Below, piece by piece: positions 10,611-20,595 of a DNA stretch of 64,000 nt. Source of the stretch: an uncultured Verrucomicrobiae bacterium (GTDB taxonomy: Bacteria > Verrucomicrobiota > Verrucomicrobiia > Limisphaerales > JAFGQR01); the NCBI GenBank assembly GCA_963788655.1, contig CAWBHS010000022.1, forward strand, positions 128,001 to 192,000, given 5' to 3'. The position numbers were made by a program, and so were the translations under genes. The number at the start of each line of letters is the position of its first letter. The stretch's first letter is position 1. Under the pieces are notes generated by a model that was not told the origin of the DNA, did no database searches, and was given only the letters and a program-made list of their open reading frames with translations.

Positions 10611-11054
10611 TCAAAACGTGAGCACTTTCCAATTCTCCTTAAGGATGTCGGTCAGGGGCCGGCCCATGCCTTTGACCTCCACACCCAGTTCGCGCAGACG
10701 TTGGGAAACGCCATAGGAATCCGCGCACGCCACACAGGCTTGGACCTTCACGCCATCCCGCATCATGGCTTTGACTTTGGCTTGCAGGTCCTTATCCGCG
10801 GCCAGCAATCGGGCGGACGGACCCCAGACAATCAAGACCACGCGGTCAAACCACTTCTGTTGCTGCGCTGCGTGGCAATACATCAGGCAGACGCGGTGCG
10901 CCACGTCGGGATCGCCACTGCTCCAAACCACGGCCAGCCGGCTCGGCGCGATCTCCGGGTTTCCGTTGGTGTTTACCGGTTGGGCCCAGAGCCACAACGC
11001 GCCGGTGAGCATGAGGGCAATGACGATCGACCAGGTCAGGGATATTTTTTTCAT
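10611..11054 (-). CDS. DsrE-family protein with N-terminal signal or TM segment
   Basis: LAVVWSSGD, LIVWGPS, VQACVACADSYGV, MGRPLTDILK. Confidence 0.8.
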   Translation of the reverse strand: MKKISLTWSIVIALMLTGALWLWAQPVNTNGNPEIAPSRLAVVWSSGDPDVAHRVCLMYCHAAQQQKWFDRVVLIVWGPSARLLAADKDLQAKVKAMMRDGVKVQACVACADSYGVSQRLRELGVEVKGMGRPLTDILKENWKVLTF

Positions 11055-11286
11055 GACCATCATTTTGCGGATGTCAGTTCGATTTCCGCAACGTTTTCCG
11101 TTCGACACGGCTCATCTCATGGCCCTGGATCGGCGGGTCGTGACGGCAGAATGGATATCGGCGCCGGTAACCTGGCCCTCGAAGTTCGGATTTCGGCCTT
11201 CGAATTTCGCGATAGCTCCGGCGCCCGGAATCTGCCGGCTAACTTTGGGCTTTCCAGTTCCGCCGCGAACCGCCAACATCTGAAGT

Positions 11287-11589
11287 GTGACGGTCGAGAT
11301 GTTTAAACAGGAAATAACCGCAGCCCTCCGGGCGTACGAGAAATACATTGTCTGCCTCGACAAGACGCCGCCTGATTGTGAAGCCTCGCTGCGTTCGTTG
11401 ATGGAAAAGGCCATCAAGGCCTACCAGAATCGGGGTGCCAATCTGCGCCACGGCATTGCTCTGGACCGGCAGGTGACGATCATTCTCAGTCAGACCGACG
11501 GCGACCGGCCCTTGTGCGGCATCTATTTCAACCTGCACTCGCCGTACCAAAGGAAAATCTCCCCACGCACCGCCAAAACGGCCGGTTGA
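11287..11589 (+). CDS. Hypothetical protein (100 aa)
   Basis: Clean ORF with protein-like composition between two minus-strand genes; family not recognised. Confidence 0.6.
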   Translation: MTVEMFKQEITAALRAYEKYIVCLDKTPPDCEASLRSLMEKAIKAYQNRGANLRHGIALDRQVTIILSQTDGDRPLCGIYFNLHSPYQRKISPRTAKTAG

Positions 11590-11619
11590 ACGGCGTTCCC
11601 ATCCCCGAGAAACCGCCCG

Positions 11620-11991
11620 TCAATCCGGGCGCACTTCATCGTCCAATTGGCATTCGCCGGCGACGATATCGCCCGCGATGTTTACGTCACGCTGCGGCCC
11701 GGTGATCTTGATTTCCCCGACTTTGAGGCCTTTCCGATAGACATTCAGCCGCGTCCCCACCTGCGGCAGGACTCCGACCGGATACGAAATGACCACGAAG
11801 GCAGCCTTGCGATTGACCGATGTTATCTTGCCCTTCACCACGTTGCTCGGGGTAATGATCAGCCCGGTTCCGTTCGTGGCGGCACTAGTCAGGTTGCCGG
11901 TGACACGGCCGGGTGGTATTTCCGTGGGCGCGCCTTGCGGTCGGGCGCATCCGGCAATCAAGGCCAAGAATAACAAGAGCAACCAATGCAT
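11620..11991 (-). CDS. Hypothetical lipoprotein
   Basis: Lipobox LIAGC after a hydrophobic stretch; beta-rich C-terminus (YRKGLKVGEIKITGP). Confidence 0.7.
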   Translation of the reverse strand: MHWLLLLFLALIAGCARPQGAPTEIPPGRVTGNLTSAATNGTGLIITPSNVVKGKITSVNRKAAFVVISYPVGVLPQVGTRLNVYRKGLKVGEIKITGPQRDVNIAGDIVAGECQLDDEVRPD

Positions 11992-12180
11992 GGAATGCTC
12001 GTACCCGCGAATGGCCTCGCGTGCAACCTGGAAAATTCATTTGCCCGCGAGGGTGAATGCCAGCCGTGGGGTTTTGCTTCGAAACCGGAAAATTCAAAAC
12101 CGTGTCTCCTTGTTACGTGTGGCTTCGGTGAGTTGCCCACAGGTCATCTAATCACTTGCTGAGAATTTCCTCGTTAGGCG

Positions 12181-14580
12181 GTGGAAATGCCGGCAAAAAT
12201 GGCTAAAGGTAAAGGCGTCATGACCGCGCGACATTTTTTGCTCTACTTCACGTTCATGGGTGTGGTGGCTGGAGTTACGGCCGGGGCCGCCAGGGGCCCG
12301 GGCCAGGCTATTGCCCCAACCAGTGCTGCCACTGATGGCTTTCAAACACACGTGCGCCCGGTGCTCGAGGAGTTTTGTTTCCGCTGCCATGGGGAAACCA
12401 AACACAAAGCCGGACTCTCGTTTTCCCACTTCGCAACGGCGCAGCAGGCCCGCGCGGAACACGAGGTGTGGTCGAAGGTATTGCGCGTTTTGCAGGAACA
12501 CGAAATGCCGCCGGAAGGCAAGCCGCAGCCGTCGCCGGGCCAGCGCGACCAAATCATTGGCTGGGTTCACGCCGAAATGTTTCCGTTGGACTGCGATCAT
12601 CCCGATCCTGGGCGCGTCACCATTCGCCGCTTGAACCGAGCCGAGTACAACAACACCATTCGCGACCTGGTGGGGGTGACGTTTCATCCGGCGGATGACT
12701 TTCCCCCGGACGATTCCGGTTACGGCTTTGACAACATCGGCGACGTGCTTTCGCTTTCGCCGATCCTCCTCGAGAAATATCTCGCGGCCGCGGAGCGAAT
12801 CCTGGACGCGGCCATCGTCACCCCCGAATCAATCAAACCGCCCGAACAAATTTTTGCTGCGAACGCGTTCAAAGCCACGGGTGGCGGAGGTCTGTCCGGC
12901 ACATGTTGTTTTCAACTCTTCAGTCAAGGCGAGGTCTATGTTCAATTCGCGCCGAGATCCAGCGGAGAGTTTCGTCTGCGCGTGCGCGCCTACGGTCAAC
13001 AAGCCGGGCCGGATTCGGTGCGCATGACGGTCAAAGCGGATGGCAAGGAGTTGAAGACGTTCGAAGTCAAAGCCGTCGAGGAAACGCCCGGCGATTACGA
13101 AGTGCGCTGCCAACTCGCCGCCGGCAATCGGCGTCTGGCCGCTGGGTTCATCAACGACTATTACAATCCCAACGATCCGAATCGCGCCAACCGCGACCGC
13201 AACCTGGTCGTGCAGTCGATCACGGTGGAAGGCCCGTTGGACGCGCCGCCGCCCTCGCTGCCGGAAACGCATCGGCGCATCTTTATCTGCGAACCCACGC
13301 CAGGAAATGAGCCGGCCTGCGCTCGCAAGATCATCCGCCATTTCGCGCGCCGGGCCTTTCGTCGTCCGGTGGCGGATGAGGAAGTGGCGCGCCTGGCCAA
13401 GTTGGCAGATTCGGCGCGCCGTGATGGGGAAAGCTTCGAGCAAAGCATCAAACTGGCGTTGGAAGCTGTGTTGGTCTCGCCGCACTTCTTGTTCCGCGGC
13501 GAACTGCAACCCGAACCGAACAATCCCGAAACCGTCCGCCCCATCGACGAGTTTGCGCTGGCGTCGCGGCTTTCATATTTTCTGTGGAGCAGCCTGCCCG
13601 ACGACGAGTTGTTTCGGCTGGCCCAGGATAAGCAGCTTCGCGCCCACCTCGAACCCCAGGTTCGTCGTATGCTAAAGGATCAGCGCGCGCAAGCATTGGT
13701 GCAGAACTTCGGCGAGCAATGGCTGCAAACCCGCAACTTGGACTTGGTAAGTCCCGACGCCCACATCTTCCCGGGGTTCAACGAGACCCTCCGCCGTTCC
13801 ATGCGTCGCGAAACCGATTTGTTATTTGCCACGATCATTCGCGAAGATCGGAGCGTGCTCGATTTTCTCACCGCGGATTTTACGTATGTCAATGGACCGT
13901 TGGCCCGGCTATACGGGATTGACGGGGTCAAAGGCGACAAGTTCCAGCGGGTGTCCTTGAAAGGCACCGGCCGGGGGGGGTTGCTCACGCATGCCAGCGT
14001 GCTTACCATCACGTCCAATCCCACGCGCACTTCGCCGGTCAAACGTGGTAAATGGGTTCTGGAGAATCTCCTCAACGCGCCCCCGCCGCCCCCGCCGCCC
14101 AACGTGCCGGCATTGAACGAATCCCAGGAAGCCGCCGCCAACACGACGTTGCGTCAGCGGATGGAGCAGCATCGGGCCAATCCCTTGTGCGCTTCGTGTC
14201 ACGCGCGCATGGACCCCATCGGCTTTGGACTGGAAAATTTCGACGGCATCGGCGCTTGGCGCCAAAAGGACGGTGGCTTGCCCATCGATCCTGCGGGGCA
14301 GTTGAACACGGGGGAAACTTTCGCCGGCGCCGCCGATCTGCGCCATCTGCTCGCCACGGCCAAACGCGACCAATTCGTCCGCTGCGTAGCGGAGAAATTG
14401 TTGACCTACGCGCTGGGACGCGGTCTGGAATATTACGACCGGTGCGCCGTGGACCGGATGGTGCAAAACGTGGCCAAACAGGACTACCGGTTCTCATCGT
14501 TCATTTTGGAAATCACGCGCAGCGCCCCTTTCCAAATGCGCCGCGGCGAAGGCGAACGGCTGGCGCAGGTGGACCGATGA
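12181..14580 (+). CDS. DUF1592/DUF1588-family protein with cytochrome c (CxxCH) motifs
   Basis: CFRCH, RRLNRAEYNNTIRDL, DDSGYGFDN, LVSPHFLFR, LASRLSYFLWSSLPD, TSPVKRGKWVL, CASCH..MDPIGFGLENFD and LLTYALGR. True start may be ATG 12220. Confidence 0.92.
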   Translation: MEMPAKMAKGKGVMTARHFLLYFTFMGVVAGVTAGAARGPGQAIAPTSAATDGFQTHVRPVLEEFCFRCHGETKHKAGLSFSHFATAQQARAEHEVWSKVLRVLQEHEMPPEGKPQPSPGQRDQIIGWVHAEMFPLDCDHPDPGRVTIRRLNRAEYNNTIRDLVGVTFHPADDFPPDDSGYGFDNIGDVLSLSPILLEKYLAAAERILDAAIVTPESIKPPEQIFAANAFKATGGGGLSGTCCFQLFSQGEVYVQFAPRSSGEFRLRVRAYGQQAGPDSVRMTVKADGKELKTFEVKAVEETPGDYEVRCQLAAGNRRLAAGFINDYYNPNDPNRANRDRNLVVQSITVEGPLDAPPPSLPETHRRIFICEPTPGNEPACARKIIRHFARRAFRRPVADEEVARLAKLADSARRDGESFEQSIKLALEAVLVSPHFLFRGELQPEPNNPETVRPIDEFALASRLSYFLWSSLPDDELFRLAQDKQLRAHLEPQVRRMLKDQRAQALVQNFGEQWLQTRNLDLVSPDAHIFPGFNETLRRSMRRETDLLFATIIREDRSVLDFLTADFTYVNGPLARLYGIDGVKGDKFQRVSLKGTGRGGLLTHASVLTITSNPTRTSPVKRGKWVLENLLNAPPPPPPPNVPALNESQEAAANTTLRQRMEQHRANPLCASCHARMDPIGFGLENFDGIGAWRQKDGGLPIDPAGQLNTGETFAGAADLRHLLATAKRDQFVRCVAEKLLTYALGRGLEYYDRCAVDRMVQNVAKQDYRFSSFILEITRSAPFQMRRGEGERLAQVDR

Positions 14581-14591
14581 GATTTTGACCA

Positions 14592-14731
14592 GGAGCGCGC
14601 CCGCCTCGGGCGCTGTCAACGGCGCCTCGCCGTTGACTCCGCCCGCCAACGCCAGCCACCGATCAGAAGCACGGTTCCATCCGCGGCCGGCGCGAGGCGC
14701 ATCGACCGACAGGCGAGGCGCCTGTGCTCCC
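14592..14731 (+). repeat. Palindromic repeat family A, copy 2 (with a degenerate inverted partner at ~14690-14731)
   Basis: GGAGCGCGCCCGCCTCGGGCGCTGTCAACGGCGCCTCGCCGTTGAC at 14592-14637. Confidence 0.75.
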
Positions 14732-14850
14732 TTTCAGAAACGCCACCATCCACACTTGTCGGCTTCAATGGAGACGCCGCAGAAAACCGAAATGTCCGCT
14801 TGCTTGCACCCATTCACGGCCTTACTGTCGCCTATTAGAAAACACATAGG

Positions 14851-16227
14851 ATGAAGCGTATGACCCGAAAATGGCAGATTCCCCGACGGACCTTCCTGCG
14901 CGGCCTGGGCGCGACGATGGCGTTGCCCGCGCTCGAAGCCATGGTCGCCCCAATCGACTTGCTGGCCAAGAACACCAACCACACCCACAATGGCAGCCAT
15001 CCGTTGCGCCTGGCGTTCGTGTATGTGCCCAATGGCGCGAACATGGCCGACTGGAAACCGAAAACGGAAGGCACCGATTTCGAATTGCCCTACATCCTCG
15101 AGCCGCTGAAACCGGTGCGGAACGAAGTGCAGGTGCTGACCGGACTGGCGCAGGACAAGGCGTTTCCGAACGGGGACGGCGCCGGAGACCACGCCCGGGC
15201 CAGCGCCACGTTCCTGACTGGCTGCCAGGCCCGCAAGACGGCCGGCGCGGACATTCACGTGGGCATCTCCGTCGATCAAGTCGCCGCGCAGCGGTTGGGC
15301 CGGTTGACACGGTTGCCGTCGTTGGAGTTGAGCACCGACCAGGCGCGGCAGGCCGGCGCCTGCGATTCGGGTTACAGTTGCGCCTATCAGTTCAACATTT
15401 CCTGGAGCGGCGAGAGCACGCCCTTGCCGCCCGAGGCCAATCCGCGACTGGTCTTCGAACGGTTGTTCGGCAACGATCGCCCGGCGGAAATGACCGAGAG
15501 CCGCGCCCGCCGGGAACACTATCGCCAAAGCATATTGGACCTGGTGCAGGAAGACGCCCGGCAGTTGAAGGCCCAACTGGGCCGCACGGACCAGCGCAAA
15601 CTGGATGAATATCTTACCTCCGTTCGTGAATTGGAACGGCGCGTGGAACAAGCGGAGCAATTCACTGCCTCCTTGCCGAACGCCACCAAGCCTGCGGGCA
15701 TCCCCCGCGAATACGAACGGCACCTCGAGCTGATGTTTGACCTACTGGCGCTGGGATTTCAAACCGACACCACGCGCATTGCGTCATTCATGATGGCGCA
15801 CGACGGCAGTAACAAGCCCTATCCGTTCATTGGCGTCTCTGAGGGGCACCACGACCTTTCCCACCACCAGAACAAGGAGGAGAAGAAACACAAGATTGCC
15901 CGGATCAATCATTTTCACCTCACCCAGTTCGCCCGGTTTCTGACCAAACTCAAAAGCATTCCGGAAGGCAACGGCACGCTGCTGGACCATTGCATGATCG
16001 TTTACGGCAGCGGCCTGTCCGACGGTAATCGGCACAATCACGACGACCTGCCCGTCCTCGTGGCCGGTGGCGGCGCCGGCACCTTAACGCCCGGCCGGCA
16101 CGTGAAGTTCAGCAAGACGCCGATGAACAATCTTTACCTGGCTCTGCTCGAACGGATGGGCGTCCCGACGCAACAATTGGGCGACAGCACTGGAATCTTG
16201 CGGGGTATTGGTCCGGAGCTGAGCTGA
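14851..16227 (+). CDS. DUF1552-family protein, Tat-exported
   Basis: PRRTFLRGLG Tat motif, FVYVPNG, SVDQVAA, PSLEL, CDSGYSCAY, HHDLSHH, GTLLD and GNRHNHDDLP. Confidence 0.92.
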   Translation: MKRMTRKWQIPRRTFLRGLGATMALPALEAMVAPIDLLAKNTNHTHNGSHPLRLAFVYVPNGANMADWKPKTEGTDFELPYILEPLKPVRNEVQVLTGLAQDKAFPNGDGAGDHARASATFLTGCQARKTAGADIHVGISVDQVAAQRLGRLTRLPSLELSTDQARQAGACDSGYSCAYQFNISWSGESTPLPPEANPRLVFERLFGNDRPAEMTESRARREHYRQSILDLVQEDARQLKAQLGRTDQRKLDEYLTSVRELERRVEQAEQFTASLPNATKPAGIPREYERHLELMFDLLALGFQTDTTRIASFMMAHDGSNKPYPFIGVSEGHHDLSHHQNKEEKKHKIARINHFHLTQFARFLTKLKSIPEGNGTLLDHCMIVYGSGLSDGNRHNHDDLPVLVAGGGAGTLTPGRHVKFSKTPMNNLYLALLERMGVPTQQLGDSTGILRGIGPELS

Positions 16228-16398
16228 GTTGCGTTGAGCAAGCCTTCGCTATTCGGCGGCGTTTGAAATGGCCGGGCCCGACCAGGAAGATGCAAATATC
16301 CTGAGTGTTTCTTTCGTAGGCGACGTAGTTAAAAGGAAAGCTGGCGTTCTGAAGAACGTTGTGGCTGATCGCGGAATGTAACGGAATCGGATTAAAAC

Positions 16399-16872
16399 AT
16401 GAAAAATAAGGCAAAGAAACACTTGAGCACTTGTCTGGCCTTGGGGCTGGCGGTGGGTATGACGGGTATTGCTTTTGGCGCGGCTGACAACGGCAAAGCC
16501 ACGACCAAACCCTATCCGCTGGACACCTGTGTGGTTTCGGGCAAGAAACTTGAACTGACCTCCTCGACGCTATACTCCTTCAATTATAAAGGGCAACAAA
16601 TCACGATGTGCTGCCAAGGCTGTCGCGAGGACTTTCAGAAAGCCCCGGCCAAATACATGGCCAAAGTCACCGCGGCGGCCAAGCTCGTGAAACCGTATCC
16701 GCTCAAAACCTGTGTGGTCTCCGGCGAGACCTTGGGCGAAATGGGCAATCCGTACGTCTTTGTCTTTCACGGGCAAGAACTCAAGTTGTGTTGTAAAGGC
16801 TGTCTGAAGACCTTTAGCAAAGAGCCCGAGAAATATCTGGCCAAGATGCGGGAATCGAAGTCGTCCCATTGA
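16399..16872 (+). CDS. Exported protein with two YHS/TRASH-like metal-binding domains
   Basis: Signal peptide followed by two repeats YPL(D/K)TCVVSG...GQ.....CC.GC...F.K.P.KY. Confidence 0.85.
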   Translation: MKNKAKKHLSTCLALGLAVGMTGIAFGAADNGKATTKPYPLDTCVVSGKKLELTSSTLYSFNYKGQQITMCCQGCREDFQKAPAKYMAKVTAAAKLVKPYPLKTCVVSGETLGEMGNPYVFVFHGQELKLCCKGCLKTFSKEPEKYLAKMRESKSSH

Positions 16873-17059
16873 CCAGTCTCCAAACCTCCGTCCCGACGCA
16901 CTGAGGAACTTGGTTCAACTTCCTCTGCGCTTCGGTTTCTGCGCAGGCTGGAATTGATAAGTGCCGTTGGACTGCCGGCAGGCCCATTCGGTCCGCAATC
17001 CGCGTCGCCTTAGCCGTATCCATTCAGTAGCTGGAGCAGCGATGACGCGATTCGGCGCG

Positions 17060-17192
17060 GTAGGACAGGCGTCTCGCCTGTCTCGGATAACGAAGGGCGT
17101 TCTCACTTATGGGTGACCTTGGAAGAGTCCCAGCCCAGCGATGCAAGTCGGTGGCTTCGTTCCATTCGGGACAGGCGGGACGCCTGTCCTAC
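17060..17192. repeat. GTAG-type REP doublet, family C, copy 1
   Basis: GTAG-GACAGGCG-TCT-CGCCTGTC (17060-17082) and the inverted GACAGGCGGGACGCCTGTCCTAC (17170-17192). Confidence 0.85.
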
Positions 17193-17246
17193 TGAATAGT
17201 CACGGCTTGGGGTGAATCTACATCCCCTCGTTCACTGCCTAACGAA

Positions 17247-18716
17247 TCATTTCACCGCCAGTTGCCGGGTAATTTGAAACTTCTCGATCCGTTTGCGCAG
17301 TGTCGCCCGGGTGATGCCCAGCAACCGGGCCGCCTGCACCTGATTGCCGTTGGTATCCATCAGGGCCTGAATGATCAGTTCCCGTTCGACTGCCGGTAGA
17401 ATTTTGAGCGCCGGTTGCTGGCGCGCCCATTGAAACAGCCGTTGCGCCAGGGCGGGAATCTCTTCCGGAATCACGGGCAGCTCGTCCCCTCGGGAAGCCA
17501 CTCCCGCGGACGAAGGAGTATTTGCGGTTGGCGCGCCCGCGGTTCGATGGGCCGTGATTTCCGCAGGCACATCGCTCAACAGGATGGCGTCGCCCTTGCA
17601 GACCACCAAGGCGCGTTGAATCACGTTCTCGAGTTCCCGCACGTTGCCCGGCCAATCGTAATGGGCCAGGGCCTCGATTACCTCAGGGGTGACAGATTTC
17701 GGACGTTTCGAGCCTTGGCCGGTGAATTTCTTCAAGAAATAATTCACCAACAAGGGAATGTCATCGCGCCGCTCGCGCAGTGCCGGCATGGCCAGGCGAA
17801 CCACATTAAGGCGATAAAACAAATCCTCGCGGAACTCCCGGCGGGCAACGGCGGGTTCGAGGGATTTGTTGGTCGCGGCAATCACGCGCACATCGACCTG
17901 AATCGGTTGATTGCCGCCCACCCGTTCAAAGGTGCCCGATTGTAGGACGCGCAGAATCTTGGCCTGCGTGGCGAGCGGCATGTCGCCGATTTCATCGAGG
18001 AAGATCGTGCCGTGATTGCACTGCTCGAATTTGCCCACCCGCTGGTTGGTCGCCCCGGTGAAGGCGCCGCGTTCGTGCCCAAATAATTCGCTTTCGAGCA
18101 GGTTCTCCGGGATCGCCGCGCAATTGATGGCGAGGAACGGTTTCTCCGCGCGCTGGCTGTGATGATAGATGGCGCGGGCCACCAATTCCTTGCCGGTGCC
18201 GCTCTCGCCCGTGATCAGCGCCGTCGCGTCCGCCGCGGACAACTGACCGATCAGCTTGAACACGTTTTGCATCGCTTCGCTGCGGCCTACGATGCCCACG
18301 TCGTAATCCTCCGATTCCAACAATGGTTGGTAGGATACCACCCGCTTCATGTCCTGGGCCGCCTTCAAGGCCGACAACACGATCTGCTTGAGCTTGGGCA
18401 CGTCGAACGGCTTGAGCAAATAATCATAGGCGCCTAATTTCATGGCCTCGATGGCGGTTTGCGTCGTGCCGTACGCAGTCATCATGATCACCGGCAGTCG
18501 CGCATCGGTTTGGCGCAAACGGCGCAAGGTTTCCAGGCCGCTCAGGCCACCCATCCGCACGTCCATGATCACCAAGTCGGGTTTGAGCCGGGGAATGACT
18601 TCCAGCCCTTCTTCGCCGCTGTTGCAGGTTGTGATGTCAAGCTCGGGCGAATCGAAAATGCGGCGGAAGGAATATTGGACATCCGCCTCATCGTCTATCA
18701 ATAACAGTTTGTTCAT
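17247..18716 (-). CDS. Sigma-54-dependent response regulator (NtrC family)
   Basis: Receiver domain (LLIDD, DLVIMDVRM, KPF), AAA+ domain (GESGTGKE, ESELFGHERGAFTGA, FLDEIGD, FREDLFYRL, WPGNVRELEN) and Fis-type HTH. Confidence 0.96.
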   Translation of the reverse strand: MNKLLLIDDEADVQYSFRRIFDSPELDITTCNSGEEGLEVIPRLKPDLVIMDVRMGGLSGLETLRRLRQTDARLPVIMMTAYGTTQTAIEAMKLGAYDYLLKPFDVPKLKQIVLSALKAAQDMKRVVSYQPLLESEDYDVGIVGRSEAMQNVFKLIGQLSAADATALITGESGTGKELVARAIYHHSQRAEKPFLAINCAAIPENLLESELFGHERGAFTGATNQRVGKFEQCNHGTIFLDEIGDMPLATQAKILRVLQSGTFERVGGNQPIQVDVRVIAATNKSLEPAVARREFREDLFYRLNVVRLAMPALRERRDDIPLLVNYFLKKFTGQGSKRPKSVTPEVIEALAHYDWPGNVRELENVIQRALVVCKGDAILLSDVPAEITAHRTAGAPTANTPSSAGVASRGDELPVIPEEIPALAQRLFQWARQQPALKILPAVERELIIQALMDTNGNQVQAARLLGITRATLRKRIEKFQITRQLAVK

Positions 18717-18849
18717 CCAGATCGTGACTGTGGCCAAAGCCGGGAGATGAGTCAAGTCGGGCTCGGAAAAACGCGGCTCAAGGAATGGCGGCGATCGACA
18801 GATGGCGTGACCATCGGCCTGCCCGCATCAATTCTGCGCACGAAACCGT

Positions 18850-18877
18850 TTGACTTGGCGGAACGGCTGAACATAAT
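18850..18877 (+). promoter_or_regulatory. Putative sigma-70 promoter of the FHA gene
   Basis: TTGACT-16 bp-CATAAT, 20 nt upstream of ATG 18898. Confidence 0.45.
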
Positions 18878-18897
18878 CGATTTCAATTAGCGAAGAT

Positions 18898-19398
18898 ATG
18901 GCGAGACTTGTCCTCCTAAGCGAAGGCTTGACCGGGCGCACGTATGAACTGAAGGTCGAAAAGACCACGGTTGGACGGGTGTCGGATAATGCCTTCGAGA
19001 TCTCCGAGGCGTCCGTGTCCAGTCATCACGCTGAAATCATTCTCAAAGGCAACGAGGTGTTGATCCACGATTTGGACTCCACCAACGGAACCTTTATCAA
19101 CGGCCAAAAAATCTCCGAAGCCGTGTTGAAGCCCGGTCAGATTCTTCGTCTGGGAATGGTGGAAATGCGTCTGGAAACTGGGGAAGCGGCGCCGTCCAAG
19201 CAAAACTTTGACCAGACGCGCGTCATTCCGCAGGGCGTCAAGCTGGACGAATTGAAAGGTGACCGCGCGCCCTTGGACCTCAAGAACACCGCCTTTTCCA
19301 AGAAAAGCAACAAGTTCACCACCTACTTTATCATCGGCGCGGGCATCGTCGGCCTGATCCTGATTGGCCTGCTGGTTTACGTAACCATGTTGCGGTAA
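18898..19398 (+). CDS. FHA-domain protein with C-terminal TM anchor
   Basis: TVGRVSDN, SVSSHHA and DLDSTNGTFING; hydrophobic C-terminus. Confidence 0.9.
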   Translation: MARLVLLSEGLTGRTYELKVEKTTVGRVSDNAFEISEASVSSHHAEIILKGNEVLIHDLDSTNGTFINGQKISEAVLKPGQILRLGMVEMRLETGEAAPSKQNFDQTRVIPQGVKLDELKGDRAPLDLKNTAFSKKSNKFTTYFIIGAGIVGLILIGLLVYVTMLR

Positions 19399-19411
19399 CC
19401 ATGCTGCGCCA

Positions 19412-20416
19412 TTAACCCTTCAACCATTGGGCCGCCTCGCCCGCCGAATAGGTGATGATAATGTCGGCGCCAGCCCGGCGAATGGCCAGGAGGGTTTCCA
19501 GAGTCGCCGCCCGTTCATCAATCCAGCCTTTCGCCGCAGCCGCCTTGATCATCGAATACTCCCCGCTGACCGCATACGCTGCCGTCGGATAGCCGAACTC
19601 GGTTTTGACGCGATAAACAATGTCCAGATACGCCAGCGCCGGCTTGACCATCACCATGTCCGCGCCTTCCTGAATGTCCTGCGCCACTTCGCGCAGCGCT
19701 TCGCGGGCGTTGGGCGGATCCATCTGATAACTTCGGCGGTCGCCGAATTTGGGCGCCGATTCCGCCGCTTCCCGAAACGGTCCATAATAAGCCGACGCAA
19801 ACTTGGCCGCATACGACAGGATGGGCGCATCGGTGAATCCGGCCTGGTCCAACGCTTCGCGAATGGCTCGCACCCGGCCATCCATCATGTCGCTGGGCGC
19901 CACCACATCCGCGCCGGCCTCGACGTGGCTGCGGGCCGTCTGCGCCAGCAGTTTCAGGCTCGGGTCGTTGAGAATGCGCGTCCCTTGCGCGTCGCGTTGG
20001 ACGATGCCGCAATGGCCGTGGGTCATGTATTCGCACAAACAGACGTCGGTGATGACCAGCAATTCGGGCAGTTCCTTTTTCAACAAGCGCACGGCCTGCT
20101 GCACGATGCCATTGCGCGCGTAAGCACCGCTGGCCTTCAGATCCTTGCGCTCCGGAATGCCAAACAGCAGGACCGCGGGCACGCCCTGTTCCTGCGCGCG
20201 TTTCGCTTCCTTGAGCATTTCATCCGGCGACAATTGAAACACCCCCGGCATGGCTGGCACCGGATGCCGGACCCGCCGGCCGGGCCGCACAAACAAGGGC
20301 AACACCAACTGGTCCGCACTGAGCCGCGTTTCGGCCACCCAATGGCGCAAGGCCGGCGTCTGCCGCAAGCGCCGGAGTCGTTGCGTGGGAAACGATGCCA
20401 TCAAAGACTGGTTCAT
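19412..20416 (-). CDS. hemB: Porphobilinogen synthase (ALA dehydratase), Zn-type
   Basis: DVCLCEYMTHGHCG, APSDMMDG, SAYYGPFREA, RRSYQMDP, MVKPA and VSGEYSMIKAAA. Confidence 0.97.
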   Translation of the reverse strand: MNQSLMASFPTQRLRRLRQTPALRHWVAETRLSADQLVLPLFVRPGRRVRHPVPAMPGVFQLSPDEMLKEAKRAQEQGVPAVLLFGIPERKDLKASGAYARNGIVQQAVRLLKKELPELLVITDVCLCEYMTHGHCGIVQRDAQGTRILNDPSLKLLAQTARSHVEAGADVVAPSDMMDGRVRAIREALDQAGFTDAPILSYAAKFASAYYGPFREAAESAPKFGDRRSYQMDPPNAREALREVAQDIQEGADMVMVKPALAYLDIVYRVKTEFGYPTAAYAVSGEYSMIKAAAAKGWIDERAATLETLLAIRRAGADIIITYSAGEAAQWLKG

Positions 20417-20500
20417 GCGCGCACCTTACCGAAGCCGCGCGTTTCCTGCAACGCTGCGGTTGGCGCAGACTGGGCTCCTCAGCCGATGGGCAGTTTGCGG

Positions 20501-20531
20501 TCATTCGGAACAGTCGAGACGGCTGTCCTAC
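20501..20531 (-). repeat. GTAG-type REP, family C, degenerate copy
   Basis: TCATTCGGAACAGTCGAGACGGCTGTCCTAC has the same CATTCGG flank and end as the right arms at 17170 and 58373. Confidence 0.65.
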
Positions 20532-20595
20532 TGAGAGCGCCAAACGAGAATCCATTGTCTTTCCATTTTCCCGAGAACTCGTTAGCCTTGGTGCC

